DNA of 64,000 nucleotides from an uncultured Nitrososphaerota archaeon (GCA_963718895.1 CAVRAG010000008.1:992001-1056000), one strand, 5' to 3'. Numbered from the stretch's first letter, positions 11,584 through 21,767 are shown. A program made the numbers and translations. The notes: generated from the sequence alone by a model not told the origin.

Positions 11584-11661
11584 CTCTGAGTCACCGCGCG
11601 GCTCCGGCAGGCAGATTAATCTCTTCCTGACCGGCGAGGGATTGCCTCTGCCGGCGGGCGC

Positions 11662-12246
11662 CTATTCTATCTTGAGCCTGACGCCCGCGCTTCCGCCCTC
11701 CCTCTTCGGGAAGGTTATCTCGAGTATGCCGTTGTTGAAGCTCGACTTGGCCCCCTCGACCAGCGCCGACTCGGGAAGCTGCAGCTCCTTCCGGTACCTC
11801 CTCTCACCGGTGTCTACCGAGATGGTGAGGGTCCGCTCGCGGACCGACATCTCGATGTCCTCCTTGGTCGCCCCGGGGACCTCCGCGATTATCCGCACCT
11901 GCTTGTCGCCCTCCACTACGTCGACGAGCGGTTCTCTCTGGTTGGTTATCCCCTTGAGCGGCTCGTCGCTCCTCTTGACGTTCCCGAACTCCCTTACGAC
12001 CGGCTTCCCGTCGGGGCCGATGGTCATGGAGTAGCCGTAGACGATGGGACCTATCTCCTTCCTCACGCTCCCGTCCGGAGAGGTGCGCTCCCGGATCATG
12101 TCCTTCGGGACCTGCTTCTCGATGTCCTTGAACTGCATAAAGTCCTTCTCCATCTCCTTCATCATCTCTTCGATGTCCGGGAAGGACCAGGGTCCGAATG
12201 GCATCATCTTCCTCCACCTGCTCTGCCAGTTGTCGTCTTCCGACAT
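11662..12246 (-). CDS. hsp20: Archaeal small heat shock protein Hsp20
   Basis: GPIVYGYSMTIGPDGKPVVREFGN, REPLVDV, NNGILEI. Confidence 0.92.
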   Translation of the reverse strand: MSEDDNWQSRWRKMMPFGPWSFPDIEEMMKEMEKDFMQFKDIEKQVPKDMIRERTSPDGSVRKEIGPIVYGYSMTIGPDGKPVVREFGNVKRSDEPLKGITNQREPLVDVVEGDKQVRIIAEVPGATKEDIEMSVRERTLTISVDTGERRYRKELQLPESALVEGAKSSFNNGILEITFPKREGGSAGVRLKIE

Positions 12247-12362
12247 GTCTTCTCGAGGGGCGAGCGCCCGCGGAAATCTAAAAAGGTTTTCCGAGAAAGG
12301 TTTTTACGGATGCTCAAGGGCGCGAATTCGAAGGTGCAAGGGTTCTGTCATTCTATCTGAGG

Positions 12363-13244
12363 ATGGCCGCGTTATTCTTCGTCCTCACGGGACTCCTGAT
12401 GCTCGTGGGATATGCCATAGGGGCCTACTTTGGGGACCCGCTCGTCTTCATGTTCCTGGGGCTGCTGCTCGCCGGCGGGATCAACTTCGGATCCTACTAC
12501 TGGAGCGACAAGCTCGTGGTGAAGATGACGAGGGCAAAGCTGATCCAGGAGAGCGACAACCCGACCCTCTACGGGATCGTGCGGAAGGTCGCGAACGAGG
12601 CGAACATACCCATGCCCAAGGTGGGCATCGTCGACAACCCGCAGCCCAACGCCTTCGCGACGGGGAGGGGACCGAGCAAGGCCGTCGTTGTCGCCACCTC
12701 GGGCATCCTCTCAACGCTGAATGCGGGCGAACTTGAGGCGGTGATAGGCCACGAGATCGGTCACGTCGTCCACAAGGACGTCCTGCTTTCCTCGGTAGCC
12801 GCAACGATGGCGGGCGTAATCTCCTACATCGGGAACATAGCGATGTGGTCGATGATGTTCGGCGGCTACGGGGGCAACAACAGGAACGGAGGGAACCCGC
12901 TCTTTCTAATCGCGGCGATCGTCCTCGTGCCCATGGGGGCGATGTTCGTACAGCTGGGCATCTCCAGGAGCGTCGAGTACAACGCCGACGACTACGGGGC
13001 GAAGCTCACCCACAACCCCGGTGGTCTGGCGTCGGCCCTGGTCAAGATCTCGACCAAGGCGAAGACCCAGAGCTTCGGGCGCAACTCGAACAACAGCCCG
13101 TCGCCCGCCACCGCGTCCCTCTGGATCGTCAACCCCTTCAGGGGGAGCTCCCTGGTGGAGCTCTTCTCTACTCACCCTTCGACCGAGCACCGTGTCGAGC
13201 GGCTGAGGAAGATCGCCGAGGAGATGGGCGTCTACGTGCCCTGA
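12363..13244 (+). CDS. htpX: Zinc metalloprotease HtpX (M48)
   Basis: PNAFATGR, HEIGH, ISRSVEYNAD, FSTHP. Confidence 0.93.
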   Translation: MAALFFVLTGLLMLVGYAIGAYFGDPLVFMFLGLLLAGGINFGSYYWSDKLVVKMTRAKLIQESDNPTLYGIVRKVANEANIPMPKVGIVDNPQPNAFATGRGPSKAVVVATSGILSTLNAGELEAVIGHEIGHVVHKDVLLSSVAATMAGVISYIGNIAMWSMMFGGYGGNNRNGGNPLFLIAAIVLVPMGAMFVQLGISRSVEYNADDYGAKLTHNPGGLASALVKISTKAKTQSFGRNSNNSPSPATASLWIVNPFRGSSLVELFSTHPSTEHRVERLRKIAEEMGVYVP

Positions 13245-13824
13245 TCGCCGTCCCTAGCTTCCTTCCGGCGCACATAGAGACGAAGTTGGCCACGATAACC
13301 CGCGCGGGAGAGTCTCCAACTTCGGGATGAAACTGCACGGCGAACTGAGCCTTGCCCACGACCTTCACCGCCTGGATCGGATGCCCTGGGGCTGTGAAGT
13401 TCTCCAGGGAGTCTGGCAGGGGAGGGAGCAGCTCGTACCTGTGGTTCTGGCGGACGGTGAACTCCGAGAGCTCCGGGCTGAGCGGGAAGCCCCTGAGCGA
13501 GACCCGGTAGTCCCCGACCACGGGCCTCCTCTTCCCTATCCTGGCGCCGTAGCAGAATCCGAGTATCTTCATCCCCAGGCATATCCCGAGGAACGGGGAC
13601 TCGAGCTCCTCGAAGAATACGGAGTATCTTCCCAGAGTCTCCTGGCGCGTGGTCGACTTCAGGAACCCGCCCGAGGCTATGACCCCGTCGTAACCCCGGA
13701 CCGGCAGCGGCCCGGCTATCGCCTCCGGCTCGATCAGGTCGACGCCAACACCAAGGCTCCCGACGAGCCCTACCAGAGCGTCCAGGGAAACCCCGCGATG
13801 GTTCAGGACTAGCATCCTTGTCAT
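13168..13824 (-). CDS. Class I glutamine amidotransferase domain protein
   Basis: LGICLG and QFHPE catalytic motifs; 3' end overlaps htpX. Confidence 0.8.
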   Translation of the reverse strand: MTRMLVLNHRGVSLDALVGLVGSLGVGVDLIEPEAIAGPLPVRGYDGVIASGGFLKSTTRQETLGRYSVFFEELESPFLGICLGMKILGFCYGARIGKRRPVVGDYRVSLRGFPLSPELSEFTVRQNHRYELLPPLPDSLENFTAPGHPIQAVKVVGKAQFAVQFHPEVGDSPARVIVANFVSMCAGRKLGTAIRARRRPSPRRSSSAARHGARSKGE

Positions 13825-13994
13825 GCGACTGTGCCCCACCTTTCGAACGCACCCTTATTGCTTCATTGGTTCCTGGCTCCACGCAGGTCCCGGCTCGGGA
13901 TGGAGCGATACGGCAAAGCACATATCCTTGGACCGCTGCGGAGGGACGTTCGGGTGCCGATGCGTCCTTACCCGTCCAAGAATTGAAACACGAT

Positions 13995-14978
13995 TTGAAG
14001 GCCGTCGAAGCCGAGAACCTGACCAAGGTGTACGGTAGGGAGACCACGGCCCTAGACCACGTCAGCTTCTCCGTGGATGAGGGAGAGATCTTCGGGCTGC
14101 TCGGTCCCAACGGCGCAGGGAAGACGACTACGATCAAGATCATCACGACCCTGACAAAGCCGACTTCGGGGACGGCCCGCGTCTTCGGCACCGACGTCCT
14201 GATCCACCCCCAGCAGGTTAGGCAGATGATGGGCTACGTCCCGCAGGCGGTCTCGGTGGACGGCGACCTCACCGGGTACGAGAATCTCCTGATATTCTCG
14301 AAGCTCTTCTACGTCGACAAGAAGGAGAGGCAGGGACGCATCGCCGAAGCCCTGGACTTCATGCAGCTCAGCAGCAGGGCCGACGACCTCGTTAAGCACT
14401 ACTCCGGAGGGATGATGAGGAGGCTCGAGATTGCCCAGGCCCTTGTCAACAGGCCGCGGATCCTCTTCCTCGACGAGCCCAGCATCGGACTCGACCCGTT
14501 CTCGAAGAACGAGGTAAAGAACCAGGTCAAGGAACTGAACAAGGAGCTCAACATGACGATGATCGTCACGACCCACGACATGGTTGAGGCCGACGAGATA
14601 TGTGACAGAGTCGCGATCATGAACGCGGGACGCATCGCTGTCATTGACACCCCGACCCGCCTGAAGGAGTCGGTGGGCGGGGACATAATCACGGTCAGGC
14701 TCTCTCAGGGCGCGGGGGCCGTCTCTCTCCCTGCCGAGGTCGGGAGGCTGCTGAGCTACGAGGGAGGGGAGATGAGGGTCCTGACCGAGAACGGCGAGGA
14801 GAAGGTCCCGAAGATAGTCGACTTCCTGGAGTCGAAAGGTATGGTGATAGACTCGATTGTCCTTGCCAAGCCGACGCTCGACGACGTCTTCATCAAGTAC
14901 GCCGGGTCGCGGGTCGACCAGGGCCGCTACGTCGAGGCCAGGTCTGAGAGACGGAACTTCGCGAGGCGCGGCAGATGA
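13995..14978 (+). CDS. ABC exporter ATP-binding subunit (DrrA-like); start approximate
   Basis: GPNGAGKT, YSGGM, LFLDEP. Confidence 0.9.
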   Translation: MKAVEAENLTKVYGRETTALDHVSFSVDEGEIFGLLGPNGAGKTTTIKIITTLTKPTSGTARVFGTDVLIHPQQVRQMMGYVPQAVSVDGDLTGYENLLIFSKLFYVDKKERQGRIAEALDFMQLSSRADDLVKHYSGGMMRRLEIAQALVNRPRILFLDEPSIGLDPFSKNEVKNQVKELNKELNMTMIVTTHDMVEADEICDRVAIMNAGRIAVIDTPTRLKESVGGDIITVRLSQGAGAVSLPAEVGRLLSYEGGEMRVLTENGEEKVPKIVDFLESKGMVIDSIVLAKPTLDDVFIKYAGSRVDQGRYVEARSERRNFARRGR

Positions 14979-15745
14979 GCCTGGGAAGGTCACTCTCAAG
15001 CGTCTTCACGGTCGCCGAGATGGAAGCCAGGAAGATCAGGCACGACTCGACCGAGCTCTGGATGAGGGCGGTCCAGCCCGCCCTCTGGCTTCTGATCTTC
15101 GGGGAGGTGCTTAACTCGGTGAAGGTGCTCGCGCCTGCCGGCTACTCGTACATCCAGTACATAGCGCCCGGGGTCCTCGCCCAGTCGGTCCTCTTCGTGG
15201 CGATATTCTACGGGATAACGATCGTCTGGGAGCGCGACGTGGGCCTCCTGACCAAGCTGCTCTCCACGCCCTCTCCGCGGTCGTCCATCGTAATCGGGAA
15301 GGCGCTGGCCTCCGCCGTGAGAGGCGTCTTCCAGGCCGTCGTCATCTTCGCGCTCTCGCTGCTGCTCGGCATACACCTGAGGCTCGACCCGCTCGACGTG
15401 CTCGGGGTCTTTGGGATAGTGGTGCTGCTCTCGATGTGCTTCTCGAGCTTCTCGATGATCCTCGCCTCGTTCCTGAAGACCAGGGACCGGATGATGGGGA
15501 TAGGGCAGGTCCTGACGATGCCCCTCTTCTTCGCCAGCAGCGCCATCTACCCGATCTCGCTGATGCCGACGTGGCTCAAGTACATAGCCTACGTCAACCC
15601 GCTGAGCTACGTCGTGGACGCCCTGAGGTCGCTGCTCCTCACGGGAGACTACTCAGCGGTGCCGCTCGACATGGCCGCGCTCCTGATCTCGACGGTCTTC
15701 TTCGCAGGGCTGGCGTCGGTCGTGGTCAAGCGTCTGGTACAGTAG
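14975..15745 (+). CDS. ABC-2 type permease
   Basis: About six TM helices, NPLSYVVDALR; ATGA overlap with the ATPase gene. Confidence 0.9.
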   Translation: MSLGRSLSSVFTVAEMEARKIRHDSTELWMRAVQPALWLLIFGEVLNSVKVLAPAGYSYIQYIAPGVLAQSVLFVAIFYGITIVWERDVGLLTKLLSTPSPRSSIVIGKALASAVRGVFQAVVIFALSLLLGIHLRLDPLDVLGVFGIVVLLSMCFSSFSMILASFLKTRDRMMGIGQVLTMPLFFASSAIYPISLMPTWLKYIAYVNPLSYVVDALRSLLLTGDYSAVPLDMAALLISTVFFAGLASVVVKRLVQ

Positions 15746-15766
15746 AAGAAACCTGGAGGTTGGGGG

Positions 15767-15911
15767 TGGTGGGCCGGGAGTGAGTTGAACACTCGACCTT
15801 GGCGGTGTCTGCTTTCGCCGTGTCAGAGCGACGTCCTAACCAGGCTAAGGAGCTGTGCTCTCTGGTCTGAGATACAGATTCCCCACTTGGAGCGGACTAG
15901 ACGACCGGCCC
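15767..15911 (-). tRNA. tRNA-Val(GAC) with a D-loop insert (about 15845-15896, 52 nt) and an intron at 44/45 (15799-15813); CCA encoded
   Basis: Acceptor GGGCCGG/CCGGCCC-A-CCA; anticodon arm TCGCT-CTGACAC-GGCGA; T arm GAGTG-TTCAACT-CACTC; BHB helix GGCG/CGCC with AAA and AAG bulges. Confidence 0.9.
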
Positions 15912-16466
15912 AACAATACCCGTCTGGGAGATTCCCTTAAAGATGTTGAGGCCGAACAAGGTTTAGGGTCCTGGCGGCGGGGGTCCCTTCTAGGCCTGGT
16001 TCTGTGAATGGACCAAGGAGAGAGGTCTCCTTTCTTAGGCTTGGTGGGTGGTCGGCTCTGGAGCTAAGAACTCAAAACTGCACTGGATTCGCCGTCAATT
16101 GGGAGCTTCAGCCATCTTCCCCTGCACTTGGAGTACATTTGCAACCATCTGGCTGCGCGCTTCCTCGAAATCAAAAAGCCGACCTTTTCGTCGAACCGTT
16201 GAAGATTTCTGATTCCGGCGATGTGAAGTGAAAATGAGGTCTTTTTCATCCGAAAGGACTCGCCTCGGATAATCTTCAAAGTACCTGATTTGCGTTTCAA
16301 GTTAATCCTCGATTTGATTTGGAAGGACCTTCTAAAAATCCCTTGGACCCATCTGAGAAGCTCGGCGTTTGGTACCCCCCGGTCGGTCCATTCATCTGGA
16401 ACCGGCAGCGCGCCTCTTTTCTCTAGTCGGGAGAGCTTTTATCCGTATTGTCCAGGGCGGGACCTC

Positions 16467-17375
16467 ATGGGTCCTGTCGACACATACTCCATCGTCGCCA
16501 TCGACAAGAGGTCAGGGGAGATGGGAGTGGCGGTCCAGTCCCACTGGTTCTCCGTCGGTTCGGTCGTCACCTGGGCCGAGGCAGGCGTCGGTATAGTCGC
16601 CACTCAGGCCTCGGTCGAGATAAGCTACGGGCCGCTCGGTCTTGCGCTGATGAAGGGGGGTAAGACGCCTCAGCAGGCGCTCAAGTCGCTCCTTGCGACG
16701 GATCCGAGACCGGAGGTCCGGCAGGTCGCGATGCTCGACTCTCACGGCAGGGTGGCAGTCCACACCGGCAGGAGGTGCATGCCCGAGGCCGGGCACGAGT
16801 CGGGGCGCGGCTTCAGCGTCCAGGCGAACATCATGCGGAACCGCAGGGTGTGGAGAGCCATGGCCCGCTCCTTCAGGAAGTCGAAGGGCAGCCTCGCAGA
16901 GAGGCTCATGCTCGCGCTCGAGAGCGCCGAGCAGGCAGGAGGCGATCTCAGGGGGAGACAGTCAGCGGCGATTCTGGTCGTGAGGATCACCGGCAGCAGC
17001 TCGCCTTGGCACGACAGGGTCGTCGACCTCAGGGTCGAGGACCACCCGCAGCCTCTCGTCGAGATGAGGAGGCTGCTCAGGATTCATCAGGCGTTCACCC
17101 ACGCGAACAACGGCGACCTGCTCATGGAGAAGGGCGAGAACAGGAAGGCGCTCGAAGAGTACAAGAGGTCGGTCGAGCTCTCGCCCGAGAACCCCGAGCT
17201 CAGGTTCTGGCAGGGGGTCACCCTCCTCAACCACGGCGAGCTGGCAGAGGGCAGGGCCACCCTCAAGTCGGTCTTCAGGGCCAACAGCGACCTGAGGACG
17301 CTCTTTGGAAGGCTTCCCGAGGTCGGTCTCCTCAAGATAGACAAGGCGACCCTCCAGCAGCTCCTGAAGCTCTAG
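16467..17375 (+). CDS. DUF1028 (Ntn-hydrolase-like) protein with C-terminal TPR
   Basis: TYSIVA..GVAVQS, GGDLRGRQSAA, DLRVEDHPQP. Confidence 0.88.
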   Translation: MGPVDTYSIVAIDKRSGEMGVAVQSHWFSVGSVVTWAEAGVGIVATQASVEISYGPLGLALMKGGKTPQQALKSLLATDPRPEVRQVAMLDSHGRVAVHTGRRCMPEAGHESGRGFSVQANIMRNRRVWRAMARSFRKSKGSLAERLMLALESAEQAGGDLRGRQSAAILVVRITGSSSPWHDRVVDLRVEDHPQPLVEMRRLLRIHQAFTHANNGDLLMEKGENRKALEEYKRSVELSPENPELRFWQGVTLLNHGELAEGRATLKSVFRANSDLRTLFGRLPEVGLLKIDKATLQQLLKL

Positions 17376-17456
17376 GTACCGCCTTCGGCTCCCGCCGATT
17401 CGCGCCCCGGTGGTTTCGCTCAAATTAAATAGCCGAAGGCGCTGCCCCGACGGGAA

Positions 17457-18725
17457 ATGCAGGAATCATCAGAGCAGCCAGGCTTCTACAAGCTCCCGAT
17501 GGCCGAGAGGCTCAGGCTGGTCCAGAAGCTGACCGGGCTCTCGGAGGAAGAGGTAAGAACGCTCAGCAACACGGGAGGGCTGCCTGCGGAGGTCGCAGAC
17601 AGGATGATCGAGAACGTGATCGGCGGGATAACCATGCCGATGGGCGTCGCCACGAACTTCATGATCAACGGGAAGGACTACCTCGTCCCGATGGCGATAG
17701 AGGAGCCGTCGGTCGTGGCCGCCGCGAGCAACGCCGCCAAGATGGCGAGGGTGAAGGGTGGGTTCCACGTCACGAACACCGGGCCCGTCATGATAGGGCA
17801 AATCCAGGCGGTAGACGTCGGGGACCCCTTCCGGGCGAGGATGGACCTTCTCCTGCACAAGGACGAGATACTTGCAAAGGCGAACGAGCAGGACCCGATG
17901 CTCGTCTCCCTCGGAGGCGGAGCCAAGGACCTCAACGTAAAGGTGCTCTCATCGATAAAGGGACCGATGGTCATCGCTGAGCTGATCGTGAACACGGGCG
18001 ACGCGATGGGAGGGAACGCCGTCAACACCATGGCGGAGGCCGTGGCCCCCATAATAGAGAGAGTGACGGGCGGTAAGGTCTACCTCAGGATAATCTCGAA
18101 CCTGGCAGACAGGAGGTTGGTCAGAGTCTCTGCCACCTTCGACAAGGAGGCGATCGGGGGAGAGGCCGCGGTCGACGGGGTCGTCTACGCCTACGCCTTC
18201 GCCGAGGCGGACCCGTACAGGTGCTCGACCCACAACAAAGGCATCATGAACGGGGTCATAGCGGTCGCGATCGCGTGCGGTCAGGACATCAGGGCGCTCG
18301 AGGCCGGGGCGCACAGCTATGCCGCGAAGCACGGAGGCTACAAACCGCTCTCTACATGGGAGAAGAACCAGGACGGCGACCTGGTGGGGACGCTCGAGAT
18401 GCCCATGGCCGTCGGTCTCGTCGGAGGGGCGGCCAAGACCCATCCAGCAGCGAAGGCCGCCATAAAGGTGCTCGGCGTCAAGACCGCGATAGAGCTGGCC
18501 GAGGTCATGGGAGCGGTCGGGCTGGCGCAGAACTTCGCGGCGCTCAGGGCGTTGGCGTCCGAGGGGATCCAGAGGGGGCACATGAAGCTGCACGCCCGCA
18601 ACGTGGCAGCTAACGCTGGCGCGACCGGAGACCTCGTCGACATCGTGGCGAACAGGATGATTCAGGAGAAGATGATCCGTTTCGACAGGGCGAAGGCTCT
18701 CGTGGAAGAACTCGGGAAGAAGTGA
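17457..18725 (+). CDS. hmgA: Class II HMG-CoA reductase
   Basis: ENVIG, EEPSVVAAAS, DAMGGN, THNKGIMNG, GIQRGHMKLH. Confidence 0.95.
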   Translation: MQESSEQPGFYKLPMAERLRLVQKLTGLSEEEVRTLSNTGGLPAEVADRMIENVIGGITMPMGVATNFMINGKDYLVPMAIEEPSVVAAASNAAKMARVKGGFHVTNTGPVMIGQIQAVDVGDPFRARMDLLLHKDEILAKANEQDPMLVSLGGGAKDLNVKVLSSIKGPMVIAELIVNTGDAMGGNAVNTMAEAVAPIIERVTGGKVYLRIISNLADRRLVRVSATFDKEAIGGEAAVDGVVYAYAFAEADPYRCSTHNKGIMNGVIAVAIACGQDIRALEAGAHSYAAKHGGYKPLSTWEKNQDGDLVGTLEMPMAVGLVGGAAKTHPAAKAAIKVLGVKTAIELAEVMGAVGLAQNFAALRALASEGIQRGHMKLHARNVAANAGATGDLVDIVANRMIQEKMIRFDRAKALVEELGKK

Positions 18726-18853
18726 AGGGTCGCCTCCGCCTCCCACGCCTGGAATAGAAGGGTCGTGCCCCTCTCCGCGCAAGGCGCGGGGGTGCGCCGG
18801 GAGAGCCCAGGACGAAGGGCCGGGCCAGGGACAGATTTTCGGTGTGGAGCCCG

Positions 18854-19120
18854 CTACTTGTACTTGGAGAAGGACGGGATCATCGTGTTGGTGTCCTGAA
18901 GGTATGGTAGGTTGCTAATCTTGTCCATTACGAGCTCGAGCACCTTCTCGTCTGTCGGGAGCACGAGCTCCCTCTCGGTCTCGACCACGACCAGGAGGTC
19001 CCACTCGCCGGTGATGATGTGGACTTCTTTGACCTCGGGGAGCTTGTTCAACTTGTCCGCGACCTCTCTTTCTCGTCCCGGGTCGGTCTTTATCAGCACG
19101 AAAGCTTTCTGGGGTCTCAA
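18854..19120 (-). CDS. Stand-alone Lrp/AsnC ligand-binding (RAM) domain protein
   Basis: AFVLIKT..EVKEVHIITGEWDLLV..TNTMI; no HTH. Confidence 0.85.
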   Translation of the reverse strand: MRPQKAFVLIKTDPGREREVADKLNKLPEVKEVHIITGEWDLLVVVETERELVLPTDEKVLELVMDKISNLPYLQDTNTMIPSFSKYK

Positions 19121-19221
19121 CGGGTTATTGTACGGAATCTTTCGCTTTTAAACACTCAGTCACGATGGGAGCGCCGTGCAGGCTCTAACCCTGCGCGAGC
19201 CCGCGGGGGACTCGGGCCTCA

Positions 19222-19452
19222 TTAGGCGGCCGGAGCGGAGGGTGCGGGACCATCAGGATCCGCCGCGTCGTTCTTGGCGGTCCTGTAGACGTGCGCGATG
19301 AGGGCGAAGGCCATCACGTCGGCGGCCAACAGGAATGCGAAGGCGGCGGTAGCCTGGACCGAGAAGGCGTTCAGGAGCCAGAGCAGCGCGACCGTTACTG
19401 CCTGAAGCGCCAGCATCCCAACCACGAACACCTTCACCGTATCACTCTTCAT
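19222..19452 (-). CDS. Small two-TM membrane protein, possible bc complex subunit
   Basis: Overlaps the cytochrome b stop; two hydrophobic helices. Confidence 0.65.
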   Translation of the reverse strand: MKSDTVKVFVVGMLALQAVTVALLWLLNAFSVQATAAFAFLLAADVMAFALIAHVYRTAKNDAADPDGPAPSAPAA

Positions 19453-20941
19453 CTGACCACCCCACCTGTAGGACCGCCACCTTTGTCCTTATCGAGCCGT
19501 TGGCTAGGTCGAGCCTGTACAGGAGATAGATCGTGCCGAGTACGACGAGCCCGACCGCCGATAGGTACGCCGCGAGGTTGACCAGGCCCGCCCCTGTGAT
19601 CCCGAGGGTCGCCATCTGGACGACGCTGCTGATGGAGCCGGATATCGCGAGTGAGCCCCCCACCAAGAGCAAGGTGAAGATCGCCGCAGTCCAGAGCTGG
19701 GCGGTCTTCATCGGCATAGTGGACTGGACCCCCGTCGAAAGCTTGCCCTTGAGCCTTGAGAACATTACGCGGTAGACTCCGACGAAGACGACCGCCACGA
19801 CCAGGGCCGTCCCCCCCAGCACGAGCGCGGCGGTCTCGGTCGGGATGATCTGGCCCGGGGTCACCTTTCCCCAGTAGCTGAGGACCGTGAGTTCGACGAT
19901 GAGGATCACGCCCAGCATAACGAACTTCGGGCGGTTCGCGAGCCTTCTCTCTCCTCCCCTGTCTATGAACGGGAGGACGAAGAGGGCGACGAAGAGCAGG
20001 GTGATCAGCGTGAGCGCTATCGGAAGGCCCGCTCCCTCGAAGGCCGCTATCTTCAGGACCTGGTAGGTCCAGAGGAAGTACCAGTCTGGCTGGGGCGTGG
20101 CGGCCTGAGATGCGGCCACAGAATACTCTGCGGGCAGCGTGTACGGGAAGAGGGCGGAGATCACCAGTAGGGCCGCCGAGAAGAGCGCTCCGAGCTCGAG
20201 GAGGTAGAGGGTCGCGTCTGGGAAGAACGAGATGCCCTTCTTCTGTACCTCGGGGATGTCCTTTGCGGGGGCGCCCGCTCCGTGGGCCTCGAACATGTAC
20301 ATCTTCCCGAAGAGTAGGAGCAGGAGGATCGCCGGCAGGATGATGATGTGAAGGTCATAGAACCGGACGAGTTCGGTCGTGGCATTGCCTCCGGATATCC
20401 CCAGCAGCGACTGGGCGAAGCTGCCGAGTGCGGCAGGGAGGGGAGGACCGAGGAGGCCCAGACCGACGTTCGTTGCATCGACCGACACCACCGTCCAGGG
20501 CAGGAGGTACCCCGTGAACCCGAAGCCGAGGGTGAGGAACCCCATCCCCATCCCGAAGACCCACATCAGCTCTCTCGGGCTCTTGTGGGAGGAGACGAAG
20601 TAGTTCCTCATCATGTGCATGAAGGCCAGCAGGATCATGGAGTATGCGCCGTAGAGGTGGACCGTCTCCAGGAACCTCCCATAGTTGACGCTGCTGAAGA
20701 CGTAGGAGGTCGACTGGTAGGCGACGGCCGGGTCGGGCACGTACCAAATCAGGAGTATTATCCCAGTCACGCCCTGGATTACGAAGGCGACGACCGTGAG
20801 CGCACCGATCCAGTAGAACGGGTTGATGGAATACTGGGGGACTGGACGCAGGAGGGGATAAGACAGACCAAGGCGGGAGTCCAGCCACCTCACAAACCGC
20901 ACAACGGGGCCGGCCTTTTCTTGGGAGGTCTCGACGGTCAT
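19442..20941 (-). CDS. petB: Cytochrome b subunit of a Rieske/cytochrome b complex, with extra C-terminal helices
   Basis: Heme His in VHLYGA..FMH and YDLH; FTGYLLPW; PDWYFL. Confidence 0.9.
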   Translation of the reverse strand: MTVETSQEKAGPVVRFVRWLDSRLGLSYPLLRPVPQYSINPFYWIGALTVVAFVIQGVTGIILLIWYVPDPAVAYQSTSYVFSSVNYGRFLETVHLYGAYSMILLAFMHMMRNYFVSSHKSPRELMWVFGMGMGFLTLGFGFTGYLLPWTVVSVDATNVGLGLLGPPLPAALGSFAQSLLGISGGNATTELVRFYDLHIIILPAILLLLLFGKMYMFEAHGAGAPAKDIPEVQKKGISFFPDATLYLLELGALFSAALLVISALFPYTLPAEYSVAASQAATPQPDWYFLWTYQVLKIAAFEGAGLPIALTLITLLFVALFVLPFIDRGGERRLANRPKFVMLGVILIVELTVLSYWGKVTPGQIIPTETAALVLGGTALVVAVVFVGVYRVMFSRLKGKLSTGVQSTMPMKTAQLWTAAIFTLLLVGGSLAISGSISSVVQMATLGITGAGLVNLAAYLSAVGLVVLGTIYLLYRLDLANGSIRTKVAVLQVGWSDEE

Positions 20942-20944
20942 CTG

Positions 20945-21628
20945 CTAGGACACCGGGGTTCCGCCCTGAAGGTCGTAAGAGACGTCGTCCGACCCCGCCG
21001 GACCGTGCTGGTAGATCGTCGGCCCGGTCATGCCGGTCGCAAGGATATTGCCGGAGCCGTCGACCTCGAGGATGACCCGGGGGACGGGATACTTTGCGGG
21101 GCCGCCTATGACCTCTGCCTGGTTTGCCAAGTCGTAGATGCTGCCGTGGCAGCAACAATACATCACCGGCCCCTTGGCGCTGTACGAGGAGTTGCAGGGC
21201 GGAGACGCCCCGGCGGCGACGAATCCGGGGTTGCACCCGAGGTGCTGGCACGTGTCGCTGAAGGCGATTATGTCGCTCTCGGGTCCGACCCCATCGGCGA
21301 CCGCCACTCCGAGCTTGACGATTATGTTGGGCTCGTTGTCCAGCGGGTAGTAGAAGCTAAGTGGTGTGTTGGTCACCATGTTGCTCACGGTCGCGAGCAA
21401 CCCTGAAGCTATGTCCTTGACCTGCACCCTCGGAAACGTCGTCGCGGTGGTGGTGTTCGCTTGGGCCACCCCGGGGGTGGCAATCGTCTTCGCGAGGGCG
21501 GCCATCCCTCCGACGGCCAGCGCGGCGGACGCGACGACGGTCGCCTTGAGGAATATCCGCCGGTCCTCGTCGACATCGTGGCCCTCCTCCTTGTCGGTAT
21601 CCAATTCCTTCTTTGGACCTCCTGACAC
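20945..21628 (-). CDS. petC: Rieske 2Fe-2S subunit with Tat signal
   Basis: RRIFLK, CQHLGC, CCCHGSIYD, GGPA. Confidence 0.9.
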   Translation of the reverse strand: MSGGPKKELDTDKEEGHDVDEDRRIFLKATVVASAALAVGGMAALAKTIATPGVAQANTTTATTFPRVQVKDIASGLLATVSNMVTNTPLSFYYPLDNEPNIIVKLGVAVADGVGPESDIIAFSDTCQHLGCNPGFVAAGASPPCNSSYSAKGPVMYCCCHGSIYDLANQAEVIGGPAKYPVPRVILEVDGSGNILATGMTGPTIYQHGPAGSDDVSYDLQGGTPVS

Positions 21629-21767
21629 AGGCCACCTGCGTTCTCCTCTGTAATATCCTTATCACTGGCAGGGAGCGGGACACGAAGGTCGGGGCCTCGG
21701 TCACGCCCAGTCCTCTTGGCATTTTAATGAATATTTTCTGCGTTCTTTACGACAAGCGTTAAATCTC

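Noticed and set aside
17457-18725. Class II HMG-CoA reductase as a novelty
   Set aside because: Already known in several archaeal lineages
18726-18853. GC-rich hairpin CTCCGCGC-AAG-GCGCGGGG as an ncRNA
   Set aside because: No recognisable family motif; it lies between convergent genes, and such stems arise easily at this GC content
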